A DNA stretch of 64,000 bases, from positions 2,724 to 66,723 of the forward strand of contig JAIYAU010000058.1 of assembly GCA_027488865.1 (NCBI GenBank), in the 5' to 3' direction. Position 1 is the first letter of the stretch; each line of letters begins with the position of its first letter. Positions 43,885 to 53,441 of the stretch are shown here, one piece after another. The notes below the pieces were generated by a model. The model was not told the origin of the DNA and did not search any database. It saw only the letters and a list, made by a program, of their open reading frames with translations. The translations under genes were made by a program, and so were the position numbers. Source of the DNA: Cytophagaceae bacterium. Lineage in GTDB: Bacteria > Bacteroidota > Bacteroidia > Cytophagales > UBA9547.

Positions 43885-45495
43885 TTACAATACACATAAT
43901 TTATATTCTACATGGCTTTGTGCATTATGTAGCCGTAAAATATAAATTCCTTGTTGAAGCGGTACAGAAATTTGATAGTCTCTATTTTCGAAAAAATTGA
44001 TATTGTTGAAGTTTATTACCTCCTTACCAAAAGAATCGTAAATGGTAAAATTAGCTGATTGTGAAGTTATTAAATCGTATTTAAGTTTAATTTCTAAAAT
44101 TTGATTGGTAATGGGATTTGTGACTAACAAATTGCTTAGAAATTTTTCTGCCAATTGTTGAGGATTTTGAAAACGTGGGATTCCATAACCAACCTGATTA
44201 TTTGGAGAAGATGAATTGGTGGCTGTACTTTTCAAAAACTCAATTAGTCCAATATTTGTAAGTTTAGGATTAGCCTGCCATACACCAGCCGCTAGCCCAC
44301 ACAATAGGGGTGATGCAAATGAAGTTCCATTTCTGTATTCCACCTCTCCCGTAAATGCATTAATAACAGCTACTGAAGAGCCCATTGCCGACAAATCTGG
44401 TTTAATACGACCATCGGCAGAAGGACCAAATGAACTAAAAGAAGATTTATTTCCTTCGGCAGATACTGCTCCTACTGCAATAATTGATTCAGCATCAGCG
44501 GGTGCTTTAATGTATTTCCAACTTTTAGCACCTTCATTGCCTGCACTATTACATACCAATATCCCTACTTCTGAGGCAATCTTTGCAGCTCGTGAACATA
44601 TGGTAGTTTTACCATCCATATCTGCATAAGAGTGATTTAATGATGTCACATCAAAATCAGTATAACCAAGTGAGCTGTTAATTATATCAACTCCAATACT
44701 ATCAGAAAATTCTGCGGCTTGAACCCAAAAAAACTCTTCGGTAGGCAATTCATATTCCGCTACTTCTGTTTTTAGTAATACGTAACTTGCGCTAGGTGCT
44801 GTTCCAATTATATTATTGGGGAGGTTAGCGGCTAAACAAGACAATACGTTGGTACCGTGTGTTCCGTTGGTATATACATCCTTGGTCCTATTTTGAAAAT
44901 TATAAGTTGCTACAATTCTATTTTGTTGATTAATCGAGTCAAATGCTGAAAGCTTATTAACATTGTAAAAACCTTCATCAAATACAGCTATCATCATCCC
45001 TTGGCCTTTATAACCTGCTGAATGCATTAGATCTACCCCTAGCATAGAAACTTGAGTATGAGCTTGTCCATAGATTCCAGATCTTCTTACACTTGATGGC
45101 AGCGTTTTTAAAGCTGATTCTTTAAAAACCCTTGCTTCACTACTGGCTCTGTTCAGCTCTGTTGAAGATTTAATAAAACCAAAATTGTATTGATTTATTT
45201 GATCCAAATTACCTTGCACTAAAAGCGCATTTAACCACTTTGAAGAACCCACTACCTTTAATCCTCTTGTATTTAACGTGTCTATATATTGCCTACTTAC
45301 CGGCAAATCTCTCTCAGAAATGCCTATGTTTTGCTTATCCCTTCTTAAAATTGCACGAGTAGATAAAAAGTTTTGAGGCTCAGAAATTACAAAATCATTG
45401 TTTGACTTATCTTTTAAATAAACAATGGACAGTTTTTGTGCAAAAGAAAAGTTTATAAAAAAAAAAAAAAAAAAAAAAAAACTACTCTTTACCAT
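43885..45495 (-). CDS. S8 (subtilisin-like) serine peptidase with N-terminal propeptide and probable T9SS C-terminal domain
   Basis: Asp/His/Ser triad contexts (AVFDEGF, HGTNV, GTSFASP). The track starts at TTG 45504; ATG at 45495 (MVKSSFFFFFFFFINFSFAQK) is more likely. The C-terminus has CTD-like beta strands. Confidence 0.8.
   Translation of the reverse strand: MVKSSFFFFFFFFINFSFAQKLSIVYLKDKSNNDFVISEPQNFLSTRAILRRDKQNIGISERDLPVSRQYIDTLNTRGLKVVGSSKWLNALLVQGNLDQINQYNFGFIKSSTELNRASSEARVFKESALKTLPSSVRRSGIYGQAHTQVSMLGVDLMHSAGYKGQGMMIAVFDEGFYNVNKLSAFDSINQQNRIVATYNFQNRTKDVYTNGTHGTNVLSCLAANLPNNIIGTAPSASYVLLKTEVAEYELPTEEFFWVQAAEFSDSIGVDIINSSLGYTDFDVTSLNHSYADMDGKTTICSRAAKIASEVGILVCNSAGNEGAKSWKYIKAPADAESIIAVGAVSAEGNKSSFSSFGPSADGRIKPDLSAMGSSVAVINAFTGEVEYRNGTSFASPLLCGLAAGVWQANPKLTNIGLIEFLKSTATNSSSPNNQVGYGIPRFQNPQQLAEKFLSNLLVTNPITNQILEIKLKYDLITSQSANFTIYDSFGKEVINFNNINFFENRDYQISVPLQQGIYILRLHNAQSHVEYKLCVL
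45457..45481. repeat. 25-nt A/T homopolymer; on the minus strand it encodes the F8 core of the S8 peptidase signal peptide
   Basis: Counted directly: A at 45457-45481. It abuts the TAG stop (45482-45484) of the upstream gene. Confidence 0.9.
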
Positions 45496-46207
45496 AAGAA
45501 GCAACTTGCATGGACCTATAAACTCCGGTTAAAATCTTTCTAGTACTTGATGATTGGTCATATTCGTACTTTTCAATAAATAATTTTATGAGACCTATCT
45601 CCGCTGCATAGATTTCATAAACATCATTATAAACAGTTACTCCTTTAGTATCGTTTTCAAAAACGACTTTTACCGTTTTGTCATAGTTTATGTTATTGAT
45701 TAAATATGATTTAAATACATTTTTATATTGGTGATTAAATTCATTGTTGGAATTGTATTTGTTCACATTCCATCGCTCATTCTCTTTTATTGGAAATTTT
45801 AATTTCACCCTCTTAACATTGCTTTGTGTTAATACGAGTTCATTGATATTCTCTAGTTGCACATTCCAGACAGAATCAATTACCCAAGGCTCAGATGATA
45901 AGTTTCGTTTATAAATATCAAGTTTAAAGGCTTTTTGGTTATTTAAGGTATTGAAAGTATCAGCAATAAGATATTTTAATTGATATTTACTTGGTGCAGG
46001 TGGTTTGCTAAATTGATAAATGGTATCGGTAACGTCATAAATTACGTACTTCCCTACCTGTAACGGATAATATTCATAGTTATAATTGAGACGAGGTATT
46101 ATGTTGTTATTAGTTGAACAACTACTAAACCAAAATACCGAAACAACGATAGTTACTATTAGGTAATTAATGTTAAACAAGAATTTGATGTTAAAATGCC
46201 TCTCCAT
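45482..46207 (-). CDS. Hypothetical lipoprotein
   Basis: 241 aa. N-terminal hydrophobic segment ends in FSSC (lipobox-like). No recognisable family. Confidence 0.55.
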   Translation of the reverse strand: MERHFNIKFLFNINYLIVTIVVSVFWFSSCSTNNNIIPRLNYNYEYYPLQVGKYVIYDVTDTIYQFSKPPAPSKYQLKYLIADTFNTLNNQKAFKLDIYKRNLSSEPWVIDSVWNVQLENINELVLTQSNVKRVKLKFPIKENERWNVNKYNSNNEFNHQYKNVFKSYLINNINYDKTVKVVFENDTKGVTVYNDVYEIYAAEIGLIKLFIEKYEYDQSSSTRKILTGVYRSMQVASYGKE

Positions 46208-46243
46208 TACCTCAATAAATAAGTATTTTTGGCATAAGGTAAC

Positions 46244-47344
46244 CTATTGTCTAAAACTAGATTCGATCCAACCACCCCCTATTACATCATTTCCCTCATA
46301 AAAAACCGCAGCTTGCCCTGGGGCAATGGCACTTACACCTTCATGAAATATAACTTTTATTTTATTCTCCAATTGTTCTATTTCTGCAGGAGTTCCAGGA
46401 TCTTTGTAACGCACTTTAGTAACAGTCTGCATCTTGGTTTGTAGCTTATCGTATTTTACCATATTCAGCTTACCAACCATCATGCCGTCCCTGTCAAGAT
46501 CTTCTAGCTTGCCTAAAATTACACGATTGGTATCCTTTTGAATTTCAGTAACAAAAATTGGATAACCTAAGGCAATTTCTAGTCCTTTTCTTTGACCTAT
46601 AGTATAAAATGGATACCCGCGATGTTTGCCCACTATTGTACCATCTTCCATTACAAACTCTCCCCCTGCAACTTGTTCTTCTAGCCCAGGTACTCGTCTT
46701 TTTAAGAACCCTCGATAGTCATTATCGGGTACAAAACAGATTTCATAAGACTCTGATTTTTTTAATAATTCTGTAAATCCTCTTACACGAGCCATTTCCC
46801 TTATTTCTGATTTATGCAAACCACCTAAAGGCAATAAAGTTCGGCTCAAACTTTGCTGAGACACCCCCCATAATACATAAGATTGGTCTTTTGTTTGGTC
46901 TACCCCTTTTGATATTACAAACCTACCATTCTCCTCACGAACCTTAGCGTAGTGACCAGTGGCAATTTTTTCACAACCCAATTTATCAGCCCTACGCAAC
47001 AAAGAATCCCATTTAATATGTGTATTGCATAAAACACAAGGATTTGGTGTTCTGCCTTCAAGATACTCATTGGTAAAATGATTAATAACATAATCACCAA
47101 ATTCTTCCCTTATATCGACTATGTAATGTGGAAAACCTAAAGAAACGGCTATATCTCGAGCGTCGTTAATAGAGTCAAGGCTACAACATCCAGTTTCCTT
47201 TTTGTTTCCCCCTGAAGAAGCATAATCCCACGTTTTCATGGTCATACCAATCACTTCATAGCCTTCTTCATGAAGCATGACCGCGGCCACCGAACTATCG
47301 ATACCTCCACTCATTGCAACCAAAATCCTACCGTGTTTACTCAT
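46244..47344 (-). CDS. mnmA: tRNA-specific 2-thiouridylase (tRNA 5-methylaminomethyl-2-thiouridine synthesis)
   Basis: 366 aa; VAMSGGIDSSVAA PP-loop; conserved Cys residues. Confidence 0.93.
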   Translation of the reverse strand: MSKHGRILVAMSGGIDSSVAAVMLHEEGYEVIGMTMKTWDYASSGGNKKETGCCSLDSINDARDIAVSLGFPHYIVDIREEFGDYVINHFTNEYLEGRTPNPCVLCNTHIKWDSLLRRADKLGCEKIATGHYAKVREENGRFVISKGVDQTKDQSYVLWGVSQQSLSRTLLPLGGLHKSEIREMARVRGFTELLKKSESYEICFVPDNDYRGFLKRRVPGLEEQVAGGEFVMEDGTIVGKHRGYPFYTIGQRKGLEIALGYPIFVTEIQKDTNRVILGKLEDLDRDGMMVGKLNMVKYDKLQTKMQTVTKVRYKDPGTPAEIEQLENKIKVIFHEGVSAIAPGQAAVFYEGNDVIGGGWIESSFRQ

Positions 47345-47426
47345 ATTATCGTTAATTTTTAAGGTTACGGCGCATCACCATTTTATGATTAAACCTTTAA
47401 AAAGAATCAATTTTAACCTAAATTAA

Positions 47427-47666
47427 CTAATTGATTGATTCCCTTACCTTTTTTGTATACTCTCGTAGGGCTTCCCCAATTTGTTTTCCTTTTTGTACCT
47501 CTTGAATCACCCAAACGGCAGCAATTATATGTGTTAGCTGCTCGCCTTCATCATCACCTTCTATAGCAATTTGCAAAGAATTACCATCCATTAAAGACTC
47601 CTCTGCCAGATTTAGTTGTTCGATGGTATAGCTTTCAGCTAATTTTTTAATAATGGGTAGTTTCAT
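47427..47666 (-). CDS. Small acidic hypothetical protein, 4 nt downstream of the thioredoxin gene (likely co-transcribed)
   Basis: 79-aa ORF with compact spacing to the upstream gene. Family not recognised. Confidence 0.5.
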   Translation of the reverse strand: MKLPIIKKLAESYTIEQLNLAEESLMDGNSLQIAIEGDDEGEQLTHIIAAVWVIQEVQKGKQIGEALREYTKKVRESIN

Positions 47667-47670
47667 AAAA

Positions 47671-47997
47671 TCAATTATCGGATTTTAATTTATTTAATAA
47701 CTCCACCACTGCCTCTTCTTTACTTGTGGTATAGGCTTCTATGAAATTCCCATTTTTATAAATTGCAAAACAAGGTAAATTATGTACATTACCCGTTTTT
47801 CTTGCTTCAGGACTCTCTTCTGCATTCACTTCCAAAAACGTGATAGCTTCATACCCTTCTGTAGTAGACAATCTTTTATATTTAGGAGCAAATAATCTAC
47901 AGCTCCCACACCAATCGGCATAGTATTTCACAATTACTTGGTTATGTTCACCAATCAATTCTTTAAAATTAATATCATCTGCTTTAATGACTGCCAT
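47671..47997 (-). CDS. Thioredoxin-family protein (WCGSC active site)
   Basis: 108 aa; YADWCGSCRLFAP motif. Confidence 0.85.
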   Translation of the reverse strand: MAVIKADDINFKELIGEHNQVIVKYYADWCGSCRLFAPKYKRLSTTEGYEAITFLEVNAEESPEARKTGNVHNLPCFAIYKNGNFIEAYTTSKEEAVVELLNKLKSDN

Positions 47998-48149
47998 ATT
48001 GAAATTATTATTGTAATTGAACGCAAAAGTAAAACATTAACTATTATTATTCGCACTTTGTTCCATTTAATCACTTTTGGTTTGTTATTTAAAAATGAAT
48101 AATTTTGCTTCTCCTCAATCTTTTTTAGATTAAATTAAAGAATATCCTT

Positions 48150-48740
48150 ATGAGTCTTTCGTTCCCAGTTAAAATAAATCAAATTACAAATTTAAGTGAT
48201 GCCCGCTATTGTGCGGGAATGGGGGTTGAAATGGCCGGTTTCCCGATAATTACGGCCAGTAGTGAGGAACTAAATGCCATCAAAGCAATCACCGGTTGGA
48301 TTTCAGGTGTAAAAATTGTAGGAGAATTTACAAAAGACTATTTTGATAAAGCTGAAATGCTTGTTGCGGAACTTGGTTTAGAATTAATCGAGATCAATCA
48401 TTATGAAGATTTAATAATACCAGCATCCTTACAAACAATTTCTATAATTAAAATTGAGTCAAATGATCCAAACTTAGAAAATTTAATAAAAATTATTGAA
48501 AGCTACCCTAGCGCCCCATTTTATCACTTAATAAATGAATCACTTAACAAAAATGATTGGATAAAAATATGTGGAATCTATCCAATTATTTATGGAAATC
48601 AACTTACCAACAAGGATTTAGGAGGAATAATACAAGAACTGAAGCCAAAGGCAATATCCCTTAATGGAGGTGAAGAAATAGCACCAGGTTTAAAAGACTT
48701 TGAACAATTGGCTTCTGTATTAGAATTTCTAGAGCTGTAA
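48150..48740 (+). CDS. Phosphoribosylanthranilate isomerase (TrpF)-like TIM-barrel protein, divergent
   Basis: VKINQITNLSDARYCAGMGVEMAGF resembles the TrpF N-terminus (KICGIT...DA). GGEEIAPGLKDFEQL resembles the TrpF C-terminal SSGVE-xPGxKD motif. Confidence 0.45.
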   Translation: MSLSFPVKINQITNLSDARYCAGMGVEMAGFPIITASSEELNAIKAITGWISGVKIVGEFTKDYFDKAEMLVAELGLELIEINHYEDLIIPASLQTISIIKIESNDPNLENLIKIIESYPSAPFYHLINESLNKNDWIKICGIYPIIYGNQLTNKDLGGIIQELKPKAISLNGGEEIAPGLKDFEQLASVLEFLEL

Positions 48741-48745
48741 TATTT

Positions 48746-49192
48746 TTAAACTAACGTAGTTTTACTCACATTTCTAAATACGTACGAATTATAAATATGC
48801 CTACGGGCAAATCGAGCTAAATTGGCTGAATTTACGAGGTTGTTATAAATGTTTTTCGGCACGCCAAAATATTCATAAGCACTACCATCTTGAAAAGTGA
48901 TTTTTAAAATGGAATTTTTATAATGCAAATCATCTATTCCGCTATTGGTAGTGGTAGCTAAGTAGATTTCTTCATTATTGGCATGAGTTTCAGGAGATAT
49001 ACTTACCAAAAAATGATAAGCTTCTATTATTTCTTTACTTTTTAGTTCTGCAAATTCTTTTTGAGTGTTATCTTCAATAAACTTGTCAGGATGCCACTCC
49101 TTCATCAAGTTGCGATAAAGTGTCTTTAAGGTAGAAAGATCAACATCCGCTTCGATGTTAAACAATTTACGATACTCAGTGATACGTTTCAT
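48746..49192 (-). CDS. J-domain (DnaJ-like) protein with C-terminal KTSC-like domain
   Basis: LYRNLMKEWHPDKF contains the HPD motif. The C-terminus ILKITFQDGSAYEYFGVPKNIYNNL is KTSC-like. Confidence 0.7.
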   Translation of the reverse strand: MKRITEYRKLFNIEADVDLSTLKTLYRNLMKEWHPDKFIEDNTQKEFAELKSKEIIEAYHFLVSISPETHANNEEIYLATTTNSGIDDLHYKNSILKITFQDGSAYEYFGVPKNIYNNLVNSANLARFARRHIYNSYVFRNVSKTTLV

Positions 49193-49334
49193 AACTTAAA
49201 TTAACGGGTTCTTTTTAAAACTGGGAAAAAACAAAAATTTATGTTTTTTTCAACCACAAAAGTAATAAATTGAACTTTGGTAAAAAATTAATTAGATGAA
49301 TATAAAATTAGTGTTGGCCACTTTTTAAAATGGC

Positions 49335-50207
49335 TTAATCTATGTACCGTTTTAAGATATCTCCATATGCATCAATTCGTCTATCTCTCAAAAAAGGCCA
49401 GTGAGTTCTATAATAATCTATTTCTGTTAAGTCACATTCCACCACTTTTATTTCCTCTTGATCACTTGAAGTTTTAGCCTTTAATCGACCAAATGGCCCA
49501 TATACAAAGCTATTACCCCAAAACTCAAGTTGATTTTTTTCAATCCCTACCCTATTCACTGCACACACAAATACTCCATTTGCTATACTATGACCTCGTT
49601 GTATTGTTTCCCAAGCTTCTTGCTGACTTTTTCTAACAGACAAATCCTTTTCATCTGTAGCCCAACCAATTGCCGTTGGGTAGAATAAAATTTCAGCCCC
49701 CATCAAAGCAGTTATTCTTGCAGCTTCCGGATACCATTGATCCCAACAAATTAAAGTACCTATGGTTGCATATTTTGTCTTAAAAACCTTAAAACCAAGG
49801 TCACCTGGTGTAAAGTAAAATTTTTCATAAAATGCAGGATCATCAGGAATGTGCATTTTTCTATACGAACCCAGCAACGTGCCATCTGCATCTATAACTG
49901 CAATGGTGTTATGATAAAGCCCATGTGTTCGTTTCTCAAATAGTGGTAAAATTAAAACCACCTGCTTTTCTTTTGCTATGATAGAAAACACCTCTGTAGA
50001 TGGACCTGGAATAGATTCACCAGTCAAAAAATTATCATAAGATTCCACATCACAAAAGTAGTCTGTTCTGTACATTTCCTGTAAACAGATGATTTGTGCA
50101 CCTTGATCTGCAACTTCTCTTACTTTTTGTGCTGTTTTTTCTACCATAGACTGTATATCCCCAGTATAAGCAAGCTGCACTATGCCTATTTTTACATTTC
50201 TATTCAT
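49335..50207 (-). CDS. aguB: N-carbamoylputrescine amidase (carbon-nitrogen hydrolase family)
   Basis: HIPDDPAFYEKFYFTPGDLGFKVFKTKYATIGTLICWDQWYPEAAR is very close to characterised enzymes, and the Glu-Lys-Cys triad context is present. The track ORF starts at TTG 50261; ATG 50207 (MNRNVKIG) is more likely. Confidence 0.75.
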   Translation of the reverse strand: MNRNVKIGIVQLAYTGDIQSMVEKTAQKVREVADQGAQIICLQEMYRTDYFCDVESYDNFLTGESIPGPSTEVFSIIAKEKQVVLILPLFEKRTHGLYHNTIAVIDADGTLLGSYRKMHIPDDPAFYEKFYFTPGDLGFKVFKTKYATIGTLICWDQWYPEAARITALMGAEILFYPTAIGWATDEKDLSVRKSQQEAWETIQRGHSIANGVFVCAVNRVGIEKNQLEFWGNSFVYGPFGRLKAKTSSDQEEIKVVECDLTEIDYYRTHWPFLRDRRIDAYGDILKRYID

Positions 50208-50542
50208 GAGCGAAAGTTTGACACAAATATATACTATTGTATTAATTGATGGATAGTCCAATTGAAAGTTTGCGACTTACACTTCCTACACAAACTCTTT
50301 CAAGGGTTGCCAACTAGTAATTAATTAATTGATAATAATTGAATTGTATAAAAATGGTAAATAACTTATGCCAATGTAAAGCAATTGTTTTCAATATTAT
50401 GTTTTTGTTAAGTTTGATATAATTTAATCTCTTTTACTTTACTTATAAGCTAAACCTGTGTTTTTTTGTAAAATGTTTTAATGAGTTGTCCTTACTACAA
50501 TTTTTATTCGAAGACTATTTCTTTACTTAATCTCTTTTTAAA

Positions 50543-52075
50543 ATGAAAAAAATTTTCCTTTTCGCTGCATGTTTCTTTAGTTTAATGCAGTTTTCAACTC
50601 AAGCACAAAATGCGGATCAAAAATGGGGCGCGGGCTTCAATGCTGGTCTTCGAGATTATAAAGGCGATCTTGGTAATGGTTTTTTTAAGTTTGCACAAAA
50701 TGATATTACTGTAGGAGGCTGGGCTTATCGTTATTTAAATTCATCAATTGATCTAGGTCTTAATCTTAACTATGGCGGGTTGAGATTCAGAAATACTAGC
50801 CAGACAGATGAGGTAAAAATAGACACAATTAAAGTGTCGTTGCAAGACAAGTCGTTTAGAGGGTCAATGTTTGACTTCTCAGTTATAGGTAAGTATAAAT
50901 TTAACAATGGGTATTTGTTGAAAGAAAATTCCATTTTAGCTCCATATTTATTTACTGGATTTGGCCTGGTTAGAACTTCTAATATCGAATCGAGTTTTAA
51001 AGACAATAAATCATTTACAACCGCACAAAAGCTAGACAATGTTACCGCACTAAATATACCATTAGGAATCGGCGCAAGACTTGTTTTAGAAGAGAATGTG
51101 TCTTTGGTAGGTCAAATTAGCCACAATTTTACATTTACAGATAATTTTGATGGTCTTGATTTGAAAACGAATGATCGTTTTTTACAATATAATCTTGGTT
51201 TTGTAGTAAACTTTGGCAAACCAAAAGATACTGATAAAGATGGTGTTGCCGACAAAATCGATAAATGTTTGGATACTAGAGCTGGTGTAAAAGTAACCAA
51301 AGAAGGATGCGACTTAGATACTGACGGAGATGGTGTAGCTGATTTTGATGATGCTTGCCCGGAAGTAACAGGAAAAATAAAAGGCTGTCCTGATATGGAC
51401 AATGATGGCATTGCTGACAAGGATGATAAGTGTCCGGAACAAAACGGGATTGAGGCTTTTGGTGGTTGTCCTGATAGTGATAGTGATGGTATTCAAGATA
51501 GTGAAGACAAGTGTCCAAAACTTGCAGGTGTTGCTCAATTTGGAGGTTGCCCTGACACAGATGGTGATGGCATAATTGACCCTAACGATGCTTGCCCACA
51601 GGTGTCTGGTATCTTAAATGGTTGTCCGGATACAGACGGAGATGGAATTGCTGATAAAGATGACAAATGTCCTAAAGTAGCTGGTATAAGCGCAAACAAG
51701 GGTTGCCCTGAAATCAAACAAGAAGTACTTGCAAAAGTATTAAAATCTGCGAAAGGAGTATTTTTTGAAACTGGAAGTGACAAGCTTAAAAATGAATCAT
51801 TTAAAAACTTAAATGAGTTAGCTATTATTCTAATGGAGGACGAAGCAGTAAATGTGGAAATTCAAGGCCACACAGATAACAAAGGAGATGTGACCAAAAA
51901 TAAAGAATTATCACAAAAAAGAGCTGATGCCGTTAAAAACTTCCTCTTAGTAAAAGGAATAGATGCTGCAAGATTGAAAGCTGTTGGTTATGGGTCTGAG
52001 TTACCAATTGCCGACAATGCCACCGAAAAAGGTCGCTCAACCAACCGAAGAGTGGAATTTAAGTTAAGTTTCTAA
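50543..52075 (+). CDS. OmpA-family outer-membrane protein with thrombospondin type-3 Ca-binding repeats
   Basis: Signal peptide and beta-barrel-like N-terminus. About 8 DxDxDGxxDxxDxCP repeats lie at 51.23-51.70 kb. The C-terminal OmpA domain contains NRRVEF. Confidence 0.9.
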   Translation: MKKIFLFAACFFSLMQFSTQAQNADQKWGAGFNAGLRDYKGDLGNGFFKFAQNDITVGGWAYRYLNSSIDLGLNLNYGGLRFRNTSQTDEVKIDTIKVSLQDKSFRGSMFDFSVIGKYKFNNGYLLKENSILAPYLFTGFGLVRTSNIESSFKDNKSFTTAQKLDNVTALNIPLGIGARLVLEENVSLVGQISHNFTFTDNFDGLDLKTNDRFLQYNLGFVVNFGKPKDTDKDGVADKIDKCLDTRAGVKVTKEGCDLDTDGDGVADFDDACPEVTGKIKGCPDMDNDGIADKDDKCPEQNGIEAFGGCPDSDSDGIQDSEDKCPKLAGVAQFGGCPDTDGDGIIDPNDACPQVSGILNGCPDTDGDGIADKDDKCPKVAGISANKGCPEIKQEVLAKVLKSAKGVFFETGSDKLKNESFKNLNELAIILMEDEAVNVEIQGHTDNKGDVTKNKELSQKRADAVKNFLLVKGIDAARLKAVGYGSELPIADNATEKGRSTNRRVEFKLSF

Positions 52076-52110
52076 AAATAAAAATTGTTGGTTTATAAAT
52101 TTTTGCATCC

Positions 52111-52145
52111 AAAAAAAGCTGGAAGTCATCTTCCAGCTTTTTTTA
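52111..52145 (+). terminator. Rho-independent terminator after the OmpA/TSP3 gene
   Basis: AGCTGGAAG-tcat-CTTCCAGCT flanked by an A-run and a T-run. Confidence 0.8.
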
Positions 52146-52245
52146 TTTGACCGCTCATAATTGTTTATATATCCTAAATAATTATTACTTTAGGCAACAA
52201 ATTCATAATTAAAAAAATTACACTTCTTAAAATCCAATTTATTCG

Positions 52246-53382
52246 ATGATTATAGCCATTGAAGCTCAAAGATTATTTAGACCTAAAAAACATGGAATGG
52301 ATATCGTGGCGTTAGAACTAATAAAAAATCTGCAAACAATAGATGACAAAAATGAATACCATCTGTTTGTAAAAGAAGATGTAGACAATAAAATTTTGAC
52401 CCTCCGAAGTAACTTTATTTTACATAAATTACCTTCAAGCCCATATCCTTGGTGGGAACAAATAACCTTACCAAGAGCTGTTGCCAAGATAAAAGCGGAT
52501 GTATTACATTGCACTGGCAATACAGCTCCCATTTTTTCACCTTGCCCAGTAATAATTACACTACACGATATTATCTATTTAGAAAACAATCCTTTAGCTA
52601 AAGGTTCTATTTATCAACGTTTTGGTAACCTATATAGAAAATTTATCGTGCCAATCGTAGTAAAGTCAGCCAAAAAAATAGTAACCGTTTCTAATTTTGA
52701 AATAGGCACCATTTTAAAGAGGTTGCCTTTGTTAAGACCAAAACTTGAAGTGGTATACAATGGTGTGGGAACGCATTTTTTTAACAACAAAGATGTAGAA
52801 TACTTACAAGATGTAAAAAACAGATATAATTTACCCGCCAATTTTATACTGTTTTTAGGAAATACCGCCCCAAAAAAAAATTTAGATAATGTAGTTTTAG
52901 CGTTTTCACAAGCATTGGAAAATAAGTTAATTGACATAGACTTGGTTATTGTAGATTTTAGTGAAGACCATTTAAAAAGCGTATTACAAAGATTACAACT
53001 TCCATTTACGTTGTTGAACAAAATAAAACTACCAGGATATGTCAAAAACAGCGATTTACCAGCTTTTTATGGATTGGCTAATTTGTTTTTGTATCCATCG
53101 CTTCGAGAGAGTTTTGGAATACCCATACTTGAGGCTATGGCTTGTGCAACACCTGTGATAACCTCAAATACCTCTTCTATGCCAGAGGTAGCAGGTGAAG
53201 CTGCAATTTTTGTAGATCCTTATGACTACAACGATATTGCCAACAAAATAAGCTTGGTTTTAAACGATCAAGATTTACAGAAAACTCTTTCAGAAAAAGG
53301 ACTTTTACGAGCAAAGGATTTTACTTGGAGAAAAACCGCAGAAGAAATGCTCGCACTCTACAAATCATTTCTACAAAATTAA
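52246..53382 (+). CDS. Glycosyltransferase family 4
   Basis: 378 aa; ESFGIPILEAMACATPVITSN EX7E-type motif. Confidence 0.85.
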   Translation: MIIAIEAQRLFRPKKHGMDIVALELIKNLQTIDDKNEYHLFVKEDVDNKILTLRSNFILHKLPSSPYPWWEQITLPRAVAKIKADVLHCTGNTAPIFSPCPVIITLHDIIYLENNPLAKGSIYQRFGNLYRKFIVPIVVKSAKKIVTVSNFEIGTILKRLPLLRPKLEVVYNGVGTHFFNNKDVEYLQDVKNRYNLPANFILFLGNTAPKKNLDNVVLAFSQALENKLIDIDLVIVDFSEDHLKSVLQRLQLPFTLLNKIKLPGYVKNSDLPAFYGLANLFLYPSLRESFGIPILEAMACATPVITSNTSSMPEVAGEAAIFVDPYDYNDIANKISLVLNDQDLQKTLSEKGLLRAKDFTWRKTAEEMLALYKSFLQN

Positions 53383-53397
53383 TTAGAAATAAAAATT

Positions 53398-53432
53398 ACC
53401 CTTCAAAGTATTAGTTATAATATTTGAAGGGT
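53398..53432. terminator. Bidirectional hairpin between convergent GT4 and msrA genes
   Basis: ACCCTTCAAA (53398-53407) and TTTGAAGGGT (53423-53432); perfect 10-bp arms. Confidence 0.6.
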
Positions 53433-53441
53433 TTAAATTCA

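Noticed and set aside
45495-45504. TTG start at 45504 for the S8 peptidase, overlapping the upstream gene by 23 nt
   Set aside because: An in-frame ATG three codons downstream (45495) gives a normal signal peptide, so the longer call is an ORF-finder extension. For the same reason I shortened aguB (ATG 50207) and the CDF transporter (ATG 58682).
51230-51700. Periodic GAT/GGT-rich nucleotide repeats and several antisense ORFs (51112..51783)
   Set aside because: They are the thrombospondin type-3 Ca-binding repeats of the OmpA-family CDS. The antisense ORFs are shadows.
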